From NCBI RefSeq assembly GCF_006345805.1, contig NC_043015.1:39060001-39124000 (forward strand): a DNA stretch of 64,000 nt. The letters are read 5' to 3'. Shown piece by piece: positions 23,824 to 35,657 of the stretch; position 1 is the first letter of the stretch, and each line of letters starts with the position of its first letter. Source of the DNA: Octopus sinensis. Its lineage: Eukaryota. The position numbers and the translations under genes are program-made. The notes beneath the pieces are model-generated. The model saw only the letters and a list, made by a program, of their open reading frames with translations. It was not told the origin of the DNA and ran no database searches.

Positions 23824-24720
23824 GGTAGTAAGTTGGCAGAAATGTCAGTATGCTGGGTGAAATGCTTAGCGGTCTTTCGTCTATCTTCACGTTCTGTGTT
23901 CAAATTCTGCCAGGTCGACTTTGCTTTTCATCCTTTCAGGCTCAATAAATTAAGTACCAGTTGTGTACTGGGGTCGATCTAATCGACTGGGGACTCCCTC
24001 CCCCAAAATTTCAGGCCTTGTGCCAAGAGTAGAAAATATTATTATTATTATTATTATTATCAAGGTGGTGAGCTGGCAGAATCGTTAGCACGCTGGGCAA
24101 AATGCTTAGCAGCATTTTGTCCATCACTGCGTTCTGAGTTCAAATTCTGCTGAGGTTGACTTTGCCTTTCATCCTTTCGGGGTCGATAAATCAAGTACCA
24201 GTTGCATACTGGGGTCGACCTAATCGACTGACTCCCTCCCCCAAAAATTTCGGGCCTTGTGCCTAGAGTAGGAAAAAATCGTTAGCGCACCAGACAAAAT
24301 GATTTATGGCATTTCCCCTGCCCTTATGTTCTGAGTTCAAATTCCACCAAGGTCGACTTTGTCTTTCATCTTTTTGGCAGGGGTTGATAAAATAAATACC
24401 AGTGAAATACTGGGGTCAATGCAATTGACTTATCCCTCCTCCTCGAAATTGCTGGCCTTGTGCCAAAATGTGAAACCATTATTATTATTATTAAGGTGGG
24501 TGAGCTGGCAGAATCGTTAGCATGCTGGACGAAATGCTTAGCTGTATTTCATCGTTCCTTACATTCTGAGTTCAATTCCTACTAAGGTCGACTTTGCCTT
24601 TCAGCCTTTTGGGGTTGAACAGTAAGTACCAGTTATTCACTGGGAGCGATGTGATTAACTCATCCTCTCCCTACAAAAGTTTTAGGCCTTGTGCCTAAAA
24701 GAATAATTATTTATTGCCAT
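23820..24720 (+). mobile_element. Head-to-tail cluster of four to five MetaSINE-like copies separated by (TAT)n
   Basis: Repeated aaggtggtgagctggcagaatcgttagca...ggccttgtgcc units. Confidence 0.85.
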
Positions 24721-24846
24721 CAGTAAAGTCTTTTGTGGCAATATTCAGTTTTAAGTCTGTTTTATGATAACAGAACAAGAGAGTTGTCAAAGCACTGGAA
24801 CAGTTGTAGCTTTAGACCTGTCCCTTCTAAATATGATAATTATTAA

Positions 24847-25016
24847 CCCTTTAGCTTTCATATTACTCTGTCAAATGTAATACTTACTAATTTAAATTGC
24901 TTTGAATTAATTACACATTATCTTGTAACTGATGTGATTGTAAATTTCAACAGTTTGAACATAAAACTGGTAGAATATATTTGGGGCCAGATATGGCCAG
25001 TTTAAATGCTAAAGGA
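24847..25016. mobile_element. Second piggyBac-type MITE family
   Basis: TTAA-CCCTTTAGC ... GCTAAAGGA-TTAA; related fragment at about 47880-48000. Confidence 0.65.
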
Positions 25017-25349
25017 TTAAATCAGTTCAAATATATTTGGGACATATTTTGACCTGTAAAAAAAAAAGGGCAATTTCATTGTGGTTTGCCATGGAAAACA
25101 TTCTCACTTTAGGCAACAGGTGTTAAACAGCAACAGTCATCTCTGGGTACACCTGTAGATCAATAAAAGCTTGTCTAGCTATTATTTGGCTATCATTAGT
25201 AACAGGTGCTATGAAAGAAAGACATGACTTTTTTTTATTGTATCGAGGGGGATTAATAAATGTTATTTCCAGAAATGTGATATAGCAAAGCTTGTATTAT
25301 TATTATTATTATTATTAGGGCTGTAATCTGTAAAGATGTGGCACTTATT

Positions 25350-25383
<34 letters not shown>

Positions 25384-25660
25384 CAATAATAATAGTAGTT
25401 TTAGTAATAATAATAGTAGTAGTAGTAGTAATAATAGTTATAATAATGCTTTCTAGCATACAAGGCCTGAAATGATGATAATTAGCTGTAAAATAGCAAT
25501 GAACTTGTTCCATTTTTATTTGCAACTTGATTTCAATTTGTGGTTGAAGTTCTTTCACTTGAATTATATTAAATACTTTTAGAAAGGCAATGACCATCTC
25601 TCTCTAGCCTTCTCTGAATCCTAGTCTAAGAGAATTATTAGAAAGCATCATACGCAATTG

Positions 25661-25930
25661 TTACCATGGTTTCATCTCCTGTCCCGGTGGTCCATACTTC
25701 TCTACCTCATTTTCACAAACATCATCGCTTTGACACAAGTTTCGTTTAGTGACATCCAAGTTTGGTAAAGCCGAGACACACACGAAACCAGGAATCTCCA
25801 TTTCCAATTCGTCACTTGGTTTTAATGGCTTCTCAGTGAAGATTGATTCTGTAAATTTTTGATCTGGTAACTTTTGCCCCAAGAGGAGAGCCTGGTGCTT
25901 TTGGCAAGCTTTGAACCCTGGTTTTCTGAG
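25661..25930 (-). CDS. Candidate terminal exon of the same unidentified gene (LRKPGFKACQKHQALLLGQKLPDQKF...EKYGPPGQEMKPW*)
   Basis: tgtgtctcag acceptor followed by 89 open codons and TAA in otherwise stop-rich AT-rich DNA, with protein-like composition. The frame link to the upstream exon is unresolved. Confidence 0.5.
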   Translation of the reverse strand, partial: LRKPGFKACQKHQALLLGQKLPDQKFTESIFTEKPLKPSDELEMEIPGFVCVSALPNLDVTKRNLCQSDDVCENEVEKYGPPGQEMKPW

Positions 25931-28900
25931 CTGAGACACAGTTCAGTATTATAAAATACTTAGCAAGGGCACAACTTCAAACCTTCTCTCTGTCTCTCTC
26001 TCTCGTGTGTGTTTGTGTATGCATGTATGTATGTATGTGTGTATGTACAAACGTGTGTGTGTGTGCATATTTAAATTCTCTCTCTCTCTTTCTCTCCTCT
26101 CCTCTTTCATATATTTTTACTGCCGAAATTTAAAGCAAATACTGTGAGAATTATCAATTATCTGTCCCAATTAATTATTAATGCAGCCAATGAGACAATT
26201 ATTAATGAAACATTTCAAATTCTCTGTTGAAAATGTTAAACAAATCTTAATAAATTTGATGGCAAGTTTAAGGCTTTTTTTTTATCTCTTTCTCTTCTCG
26301 ACTCTCCTGAAGACACAACTGGTCACACATAACCCTTAATATACATTCCTAACATAAGTTTGCACAATCAATGAATACTCCAAGGGTTAAAATAGGGATT
26401 TAGTAACAAAATCAAATCTGTTTTGTCCCCAGTTCCAAGGTTTTGAACCACTCTGTGATAGGTCTCTGCCAGAGAATTAATCTCTCAGATAATCTTTAAT
26501 CTAAAAATCTATCCAGAATCACTGAAATTTAGCTTAAACCAAACAAGGTTTTTAATAGTTCTTATTTATTTTCTGCTTAGAATATAATGGAAAATAGACA
26601 GATAGATCAAGTCTTATTGCCGTTTCTACACAATGCAAAACATATTAATGTTTATTTAGATTGAGGAACAATTCTTCCTGTTGAAACATAAAATAAAAGC
26701 AATAAGGAAAACATTCTTCTTCACTCCCAAAATTTAGTAAAGATTTTTTTTTTAATATTCTAAGACCAAAACTATTTTGTACTTAATTATTTGCCTCATG
26801 CAGTCCTCTAACGACCAATGTCAAAATGTGTGTGTGTAAATATATAGATATGTGTGTGTGTGAGTGGATGTGTATTTCCATACCAAAAAAATGCTAAAAC
26901 CTAATTTTGTATGAAAAGAACCAAGTTATTACCTAATGGCTTGCTTTATGAATATAATTTAGCAATGTAAAATAAATACTTGTGAAGACAAAACCAAATC
27001 AATTGCAGACTTAGCATTTTTTTCCCAATGTCTCACCTTTCTGTCTGCTTCCAACCCAATCACCACCATTTCAGTGCCAAGGTTTACCAAACTTTGTTTT
27101 TTTATTATCCCAATGCTTCAAAGCTTTTTTTGTATTTTTCCTGTTCTTTTACTTACGAAAACATTAGCGAGCCTTTTATAATGAATTATTAAATATTGAT
27201 TAAAGAATCAATTGCCTTAAATTGGGTTTAACGATAAATTAATTGGCTTCTGTAATGGTTTGGACCTCTGTTTCAAAAATGGCGGAGGGGGGGTAAAATG
27301 ATTTTTTTTTTTTTTTTTGGTCAATGCTAGGCAACAGTTAACATTGAAATAACAAATGTTATGCCATTAATTCCTGTCTTTTGTAGTCTGCCAGTTCTGG
27401 GGGAGGACAGATCTTGAAACTGGAGCACAGCATTTGATGGGACAGAGTACAGGGTTATTGTTTAGGTTCAGGTCCATCTTGATTGAGCAGATTTCCATGA
27501 CCACCGACCTTTATTCAGTGTATTGAGGACTTCCTGTTTTAACACAGGAATAACTCGAGGGAGATTTGGTTGCTGTTTCTAGCAACCAGCCAAGCAATCC
27601 TGTAGAAGCCCTCTTCATGGCTTGCCAATTGTAGCAATGGTCTGGTCTAAACCCGAGACTTGAAAGACAAACATTGTTTACAAAGAGTTGATGCAATGAT
27701 TGGAAAGTGCCGAGTGATTGGAGAGAATTTCTTTGAATCTGAAAAAGGTTTTCGGAGCAATGATAGTGTCTGGAGGAGAATCTTAAAATTGGGAGATTGT
27801 TTTTTTTTTTTTTTTTTTTTTTTTAGATTATCCTCATTTCCAGAACTCTGGTTTAAATCTTAGGTGTATATTCTGTGCTGAATCAAGATAATTACAGTTG
27901 GGGATTTCAAGAACCTAAATAGCATTTTTCTTGGGTCAACCACAGAATATTGTTTATCCAACCTAGTTTTTAAAAGTGCTCTTAGTCACAGAGAAAGAAG
28001 TTCTTGCTGTTAAGAATGTATCTTGAAGAATTTATACAGCCCAAAGGTTTTTTTAGCTTATAATGAATTGATCTTTAATTAGTGAGCAATATTCTTGATT
28101 TTTGTCAAAAAATTGCTTGTAGAAATCTGCTCCAAAAATGATAATCCTCATAATTAGCAAAGCTCCTTGTAGGCTGAGTAGAATTTAACAATGAGATTCC
28201 AGACGTATCTCTGATAGTCTTAATTCTCAGTGAAAACAGTTTCAATCTATTTCAACTTGGGAATCAACATTCCTCCTCTTTGAATTTCTGCTGCTGATAT
28301 AAGAAACGATGCAATTTCATTAACTTGGCTTCACTGAAACTGTAGTGTAGACATAGAAGGATATCTTGCACAGAAAAGCCGTTTTTTATGTTTTAAGCCT
28401 TTTTAGAAAATGGTTAGTTTCTGGTGAAATATAGTTTAAATTGTCTTTTAATCATTAACTAAAGAATATAGCTATCTAGAATTGGCAAATGGTGAAAGGA
28501 ATGTTCATATAATTCAGAAAGCAAATTCTTTCTTGATCGCTCTTTGACATGTTACATTGGTGTCAGATCTTTAGTTTCTATTTTCCGAAAATGATATTTT
28601 GAAGCAAATTAAAATGTGAAATTTTATTTTATTTCAGTTTCTAACTGATTCCACTGGATGGTATTTGGCATCCAGTCAAAGATGCCTCTAATTTCATAAA
28701 AGATAATCTCTATATTCTCTCTCTCTCCCTCACAGCTACTCTCTCTCTCTCTCTCTACGATTGTTGTATATATTTCTAAGTAATAAATTATTTCAAAACA
28801 AATCTTGTTTTTTGTTCATTTTTCAAATATTTCTGCCTCACTGAATGACTGGTTATGATCTGCTTTGCTGAGGCTGTCTGTATACCAAAGGCACTCAACA

Positions 28901-30166
28901 TTCACTGGCTCAGTTTGCAAATTGTCAATAAGTACCATGAGTACTTAGAGAGGAAACGCAATGTTGTATCTCACAGATAGGAAAACACAAGATGCCAAGG
29001 AATGGTAATATAGCAATGTGCACGCCATCGAAACAAGAGCATAGGAAATGAGACGTTAATATAAGATGATAAAGTACCGTTCCAAGGGCTGGGAGCAATG
29101 TATAGTCAACCCCTAATTTGGTAGCTTTTGGTACTGGGCTTGAATCCTTCCATGGGTTTGCTGAATGTAACAAATCACTGTGGCATAGATTTCTTTGAAT
29201 CTTTTGTGGTGTTGGGAGTTACTAGATTTTGGTACCAGTTGATCACGGGGGGGGGGGGGGGCAATGTAATTGACTTACCCCCTCTTCCCCGAAATTACTG
29301 GGCCTTGTGGCACGCTGTCGGTAAAGACGACGAGGGTTCCAGTTGATCCGATCAACGGAACAGCCTGCTCATAAAATTAACGTACTTCTCGGGGAGATTC
29401 AGCGTGACACAGAGTGTGACATGGCTGGCCCTTTGAAATACAGGTATAACAGAAACAGGAAGAAAGAGTGTGAGAAAGTTGTGAAAGAGTACAGCAGGGA
29501 TCGCCACCACCCGCTGCTGGAGCCTTGTGGAGCTTTTAGGTGTCTCCACTCAATAAACACTCACAATGCCTGGTCTGGGAATCGAAACTGCGAGTCCACT
29601 GCCCTAACCACTGGGCCATTGCGCCTCCACGGTGGCCTTGTACCATAATTGGAAACCATTGTTATTATCATCATCATTATTATTATTATTAATTTAAATG
29701 ACTGGTTATTTGGTAGGCCACCTTTATTGTTGTGTCAGCTTCATCTCTCAGTCCAAGATTTCCTATTTAACCCTTTTGTTACCATATTTCTGTTGAGATG
29801 CTCTGTGTTTCTTCCAATTATTTAAAATTTAACAAAAGAATTTAGTAAAATGACTTAGTAATCATTCAGCTTAGTGCTAGGAACATAAATTGTGACTAAG
29901 GTTTGGTGGAAGATTTTAATTCAAAACTTATGAAGACAAGACATACTAAAGAGTCAGAGCCGGTTTCAGCTGGGTTGGTAATGAAAGGGTTAAAATTGGC
30001 AACCGAAATTTGTATAAAATCAGTGAAGTTACTTTATTTTCTACAAATTACTTTCAACATGAAACATCAGATTGTTTGATCTCCGAGGCTCAGAGACTCA
30101 ATTCTGAATCTCTCTTTGATGTCACCAGTTTTCATTAATGTATGTGTGGGGCATATGGAAAGGTCA

Positions 30167-30337
30167 GTGGCAAGAGAGGAAGAGGCCGACCAAGAACCCG
30201 CTGGCTTGACACCATCAGGAGTGATACCGGAATGGACATGGCCAGTCTGAAGGAAGTGGCCCAGGGTAGAACTGACTGGAAGACATTGATCCAATGAGTG
30301 ACCGAGAGTCGACTGCGACTGAGCGGTTAGAGAGAGA
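30167..30337 (+). mobile_element. 5'-truncated RTE-BovB-like LINE with a 19-bp target-site duplication
   Basis: Reads SGKRGRGRPRTRWLDTIRSDTGMDMASLKEVAQGRTDWKTLIQ*VTESRLRLSG with an (AG)n tail; GGGGCATATGGAAAGGTCA at both 30148-30166 and 30338-30356. Confidence 0.9.
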
Positions 30338-30713
30338 GGGGCATATGGAAAGGTCATTTTTGGAAATACTTTTTACCCATTGATTTGAAAAGGGATCATA
30401 CTCAAAACAAATATTTAGATCCTTCTTAATTTGTTATTTAGGATAATTGACATAATTACATTGCAAATCAGAAGTCATGTACTTCAAGGTATGTATAGGT
30501 GCAGACAGGTACCATAGAAAAGGAATAACTCACTATTATAAGCAGTGGTAGCACTGTAAAAGTGATGAGTGTTTCATCTCAGATTGACATCTTCAAAGTT
30601 GAATTAAGTTTACCGTTTGTTCAATGGGAAACCTATTATTTGGGATTATTTAAAAACCTTTGTGAAATTTTTAATTTATATTTTAATAGTCTAAATAATA
30701 AAATTAATCTGAC

Positions 30714-30834
30714 CATAATCTTTTTCTCTGGAATCTTCTCCTTGCAAGAGAAGTTTAAACAGGATATTCACAGCGTCAATCCTGGTCTCAAAGAACTTGC
30801 AAAGGTCACGGGCACTGCTCCTCCCTCCAGACAT
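30714..30834 (-). CDS. Candidate first coding exon of an unidentified gene (MSGGRSSARDLCKFFETRIDAVNILFKLLLQGEDSREKDY)
   Basis: On the minus strand: ttttatacag acceptor (exon starts 30850), gccATG at 30834, donor G|gtcaga after 30714. Non-repetitive and GC-richer than its flanks. No homologue recognised. Confidence 0.5.
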
Positions 30835-30931
30835 GGCACACAAACAAACTCTGTATAAAATGGATTTATTCTTGAGACTGTTAATTATCAACATGTCTAC
30901 TATCATTATAAACATCCATAGATACATACGG

Positions 30932-31006
<75 letters not shown>

Positions 31007-31228
31007 GGTTAGGGGCATTCGGCTCACGATCGAAAGGTCGTGAGTTCGATTCCTGATGACACGTTGTGTCTTTGAGCAAAACATTTTATTTCACGTTGCT
31101 CCAGTCCAGTCAGCTGGCAAAAATGAGTTGTACCTGTAATTCAAAGGAGCTAGCCTTGTCACGGTCTGTGTCACACAGAACCTCACTGAGAACTACATTG
31201 AGGGTACATGTGTCTGTAGAGTGCTCCG

Positions 31229-32409
31229 TAGGGCTCGCAAAAAACCGATAATTCCCCAAACCGAGTTCAAGTATAAGTAATTCTCAAAACCGGTTTTCGC
31301 AGGTACTACTTAAGAAGAGTGGTCCCGGTGCGTGCACTCGTGCATCTGCGCTAGCTAGTCGTGACGAGTCGATCCTTACTTTGTGTTTTTGTGTTTTATT
31401 TACTTTGTTTTTAAAAAAATTATCATCATCGCAAATAGCCTTCAAAATAATTTCTACTGGATGCAGAATTTCATATAGTAAATGGAGAGATTTTCCATTC
31501 TTCGTCAGCGATGGACATCTGTGGAAAGTTCTGCTCGTAGAGCATTTGGAATGCAGCTTTTCAATTCCCAAAAATCTCTCAATCATATGAAATGTGCCAT
31601 TCCACCGAGTTCTGCAATCCAGTAGAAGTTTATATTCTCTGTTATCAAAGTTCGCTCCTACAAAATCTTGCAAAATTTCATTTTTTTTTTGTAGGAGATT
31701 TACGGAAAGTTTTGAATTTTTCTTACCTTATTAAAACTTTGTTAAATTCAGGTTTTGGCTGGGGAAAACAAGCATTTTCGTGAGCCAAATCTGTTTGACA
31801 AAGTATGTCTTGTTGGCTTATGTCAGCTTCATCATCACTATCGTCTGTTATGGCGATCACTGTCGTCTGTTATGGCGATCTCTTCACTTTTTTTATCAAA
31901 AAGTCTGGAACTGGTTATTACATATGCTCAACGGGAAAGATCGCCTGACTGAAGACTAACAGCATCCCCTTGACTTGCAATGAATAAACTCAGTTACCTG
32001 CAAATTCAAAGAGTCAGCCAGGGGTTACCGAAGGAGATGACAAGGTACTGATCTCAGGTTCAAGGGGAAAGAAGGTGAGAATTGATATGTTGCGATATAT
32101 TTCAATGAAACAGACAATACTCTCAACTAAAGGCGACCGACAACAGTTAGTTCAGTTTCAACGATATTTCTTGAAAAGAAAAAATGGAGAAATGTTTTGC
32201 GAAAAAAAAAAAAAAAAGAAACAGCGGATCTCTTCCCTTTGACGGGCACGTTTAAAAAAATAGTTATTTGTAACTAAACACTTTTAAACTTCGTATACTG
32301 GTAGAGTGTGTTACATAAAAACATCTTTTATTGAAAAGATCCGAAACAGCAAACCTTATAATCGGTTTCGGTTTTACGGATCATAATATAAAACCGGTTT
32401 CGAGGCCAA
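31229..32409 (-). mobile_element. Internally deleted hAT DNA transposon with a transposase remnant, nested in a SINE
   Basis: Minus-strand peptide LLLDCRTRWNGTFHMIERFL...EILHPVE. Ends TAGGGCTCG / CGAGGCCAA, AAACCG-type subterminal repeats, 8-bp TSD GTGCTCCG / GGGCTCAG. The host SINE resumes at 32410. Confidence 0.85.
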
Positions 32410-34475
32410 GGGCTCAGCCACTTGCTCTTTAATTTCACGAGCAAGCTGTTCCGTTGATTGTATCAGCTGGGACCCCCATCGTCGTAACCGACGGAGTGGT
32501 CCTATCAGTGATGTGGAATATTGATCAGTTGTGATATGCGGCGAGCTGGCAGAAGCGTTAGCACGCCGGGCGAAATGCGTAGCCGTATTTCATCTGCCGT
32601 TACGTTCTGAGTTCAAATTCCGCCGAGGTTGACTTTGCCTTTTATCCTTTCGGGGTCAATTAAATAAGTACCAGTTACGCACTGGGGTCGATATAATCGA
32701 CTTAATCCGTGTGTCTGTCCTTGTTTGTCCACTCTGTGTTTAACCCCTTGTGGGTAGTAAAGAAATAGGTATAAGACACCAGGGAACAACCAAGTTCACA
32801 ACTAGTAGTTGGAATGTAGTCTGTATATTTGGGGTTACATTAATTAAATTGATTAAAGATTGGAATTGAAAGTACGGACAGAACTAACAACCAAACACCC
32901 CATCCACTTGAAACTTTAAAAGCAGGCATATATTTTAGTATATAACTGAACACTTCTCAGGGATTGGCAACTGGCAACTCATCCCTTATCCCACCAATCC
33001 CTGCAAGTATTTTAGATTTATTTCTGGGTCAATTAATATCCAAGATATCTTATTCACGAAATATGAACAAAAAAATGAGAAGGCTGACTAAAAATAAAAA
33101 AAATCTCTATGAAAAATAACAGTCAAAGGGAGATAATTCCTTCCCTAATTTTTATCTGTCCTTTTTCAGTAAGGTAGAAGCATATTCACTACTTAAATGG
33201 AGAAAGCGGAGGCATATGGCTTGGTGGTTAGAGCAGCGGACTCGCGGTCGAGGGACCGCGGGTTCGAATCTCAGACCGGGCGATGTGTGTGTTTATGAGC
33301 GAAACACCTATGTTCAACGCGGCTCCGGCAGAAGGTAATGGAGAACTTCTTCTGACCCTTTCGCCATAACTTTCTCTCACTCTTTCCTCCTGCATCTTCC
33401 AGCTCACCTGCGACGGACAGGCGTCCCGTCCAGGGGAACCTATATGCCAAGGAAACCGGGAAACCGGCACTTATGTGCCAGCCATGGCTTGAGAAGGAAC
33501 AAACAACAAATGGAGGAAACAACTTTTTTACCTCCTCTACTCTAATTTTTTTTTGGGGGGGGGGCATACACAACAGAAAGACTACAAATGCAGAGCCTCA
33601 CAGCTTCTTCTGATCCCACATAAATAACACAGCTAAAACTGCACCCTGAAAACTGGCCTTCCTCTTCAAAGTTAGCCGATACTTGAGGTTCCTTTCTCTA
33701 GTTGACCCTTTAGCTAAAACCTGAGACCTGCCAATTAGACAGTTCTGCAATTAAACGTTCAGTTCTAAGACATCCGTTTGATTGATTGGCAAAATATCAT
33801 TATCAGGGCTTGGCAACCTTTCGGCCCTTCTTTACTCGTTTCAGCCATTAAATTGCGGCCGTGCTGGGGCACCGCCTTGATGAATTTTTAGTCGAATGAA
33901 TCGACCCAAGTAATTATTATTATTATTATTATTATATGTTTGACTTTTGCTTTATATTTGTACAAGTTGGCTCCAAGTCTCACCCGGAGACCTCAAGAGA
34001 CAACAGGTTGGAAGTTCACGTTGTTGTTATGCCTAGTGTGCCATATATTTGGTTGTTTTTTGTGTTGTACTGGTGGATATCTAAATTAATAATAATTATT
34101 ATTATTACTATTATTGTTGTTGTTGAGTGAGAGAGCAGTGCATGCCATCAAAGTGACACTGGGGTACAAATATACGAAGCCCAGTATACCCATCATGACT
34201 ACCCGTTTGATAGGGATACACCAGGCACATGCATCACAACCATACGTATGTGACATGGTGATCTCATATCAAGATAAACAGCACATGACTTTGCAGGTGT
34301 GGCCCAGTTAGAAATTTCTTCTGGTCGAGTAGCCCATCCCGCTCAAGAGGTCCCTGAATAAGGATTGTTTAAGCTATTTTACGCTTGTTTTGTTGTTCCT
34401 AGACTAGGAAATAATATTTATTATTAATATTTTAATGGATTTAATGAAAAATTTTAGGCGTTCATATATATATAT

Positions 34476-34865
34476 ACTAGCAGCATCGCCCGGCGTTGCT
34501 CGGGTTTGTAAGGGAAATGACTATATAAGCATTTTTAGAGAGTTATAGCCAAAAAATAGCAAAAAATGCATTAAAAATGAAAAAAAAATGATGGTAATTT
34601 TTTTTAAAAATCGGTGACTCATCGTAGACATTTTTAGAGAGTTACTTCCCTTATATAATAGCGAAAAAATGCATTAAAATGGAAAAAAATGATGGTAAAT
34701 TTTTTTTTAAATCGTAGACGCGCGCTAATACCCAGAAGGGCTCGATATGAATCACGACTATAAGATACCCGGTTTTGGTTAAACTGCACCGCAAAATGTG
34801 GGAGTAGTTAGGAATCTAAATCGTAGGAGACAGACAGCACACAACTTTTCTTTTATATATAAAGA
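34476..34865 (+). mobile_element. Helitron-like element, second subfamily (related copy at 63154-63532)
   Basis: Same ACTAGCAG.ATCGCCCGGCGTTGCTC.GG start and CAGACA...TTTATATA end as 10862-11252, but a different interior. Confidence 0.6.
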
Positions 34866-34894
34866 TATATACATATATGTATATATATATATTT

Positions 34895-34937
34895 AAAATC
34901 CGCGATAGTTGAACCGCGAAGTAGCGAGGGATCACTG
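34895..34937. mobile_element. Solo Tigger/pogo-like terminal inverted repeat
   Basis: Reverse complement reads TA-CAGTGATCCCTCGCTACTTCGCGG. Confidence 0.55.
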
Positions 34938-35039
34938 TATAATCATAATTATAACTCCAGCTGTTCACGTCGATGTCTATATTGTACACAACCGTCTCTG
35001 ATATCAACAGCTGAGCTCCATTGACAACAGCAGACGACT

Positions 35040-35091
35040 ACTTCCGTTTCCGGTTCTCCGTATCATGTGAACGATCACACGGTCACGTGAT
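35040..35091 (+). promoter_or_regulatory. ATP6AP2 proximal promoter: tandem ETS-like sites, M-box and CLEAR element
   Basis: ACTTCCGTTTCCGG (35040-35053), TCATGTGA (35063-35070) and GTCACGTGAT (35082-35091; 9/10 match to CLEAR GTCACGTGAC), ending 14 nt before the ATG, in a locally CpG-rich patch. Confidence 0.7.
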
Positions 35092-35105
35092 TATTACTCT
35101 CCAAA

Positions 35106-35145
35106 ATGTCTTCGACTCGAGGCTTCCGTTCCTTCTGCTCTTCAG
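35106..35145 (+). CDS. ATP6AP2: ATP6AP2 exon 1 ([13 protein letters not shown])
   Basis: ccaaaATG context, cag|gtaatt donor, phase 1. Joined to exon 2 it gives [29 protein letters not shown], a signal-peptide-like sequence. It lies directly after the CLEAR motif. Confidence 0.75.
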
Positions 35146-35535
35146 GTAATTAACCACCAATTTAATGATTTTTTTTTTCAACCGCTAATTAACAATCAAT
35201 GCCCGACGTATATTACATAATTCCGTCTTTCGTACGAGAAAGACTGTTTAAATTCTTGTGGAATGGTTGTCGTTCGAATATTAAGAATGGTTTAGAGCCA
35301 AAAGAGGAGGGTCTCACCTTCACCTCCACTCGATTCGCTTCGTTAAATATTACAAACTGCACACACACTATCCTGTGTTTGTCATTAATATATATATATA
35401 CACACACACACAATGTCCTGTGTTTGTCATTAAATATATATATATATACATTATCCTGTGTTTGTTATATATATATATATATATATATATACTATCCTGT
35501 GTTGTCATTATATACACACACATATATATATATAT

Positions 35536-35591
<56 letters not shown>

Positions 35592-35612
35592 TATTCTGTA
35601 TTTGTTATATAT

Positions 35613-35657
<45 letters not shown>

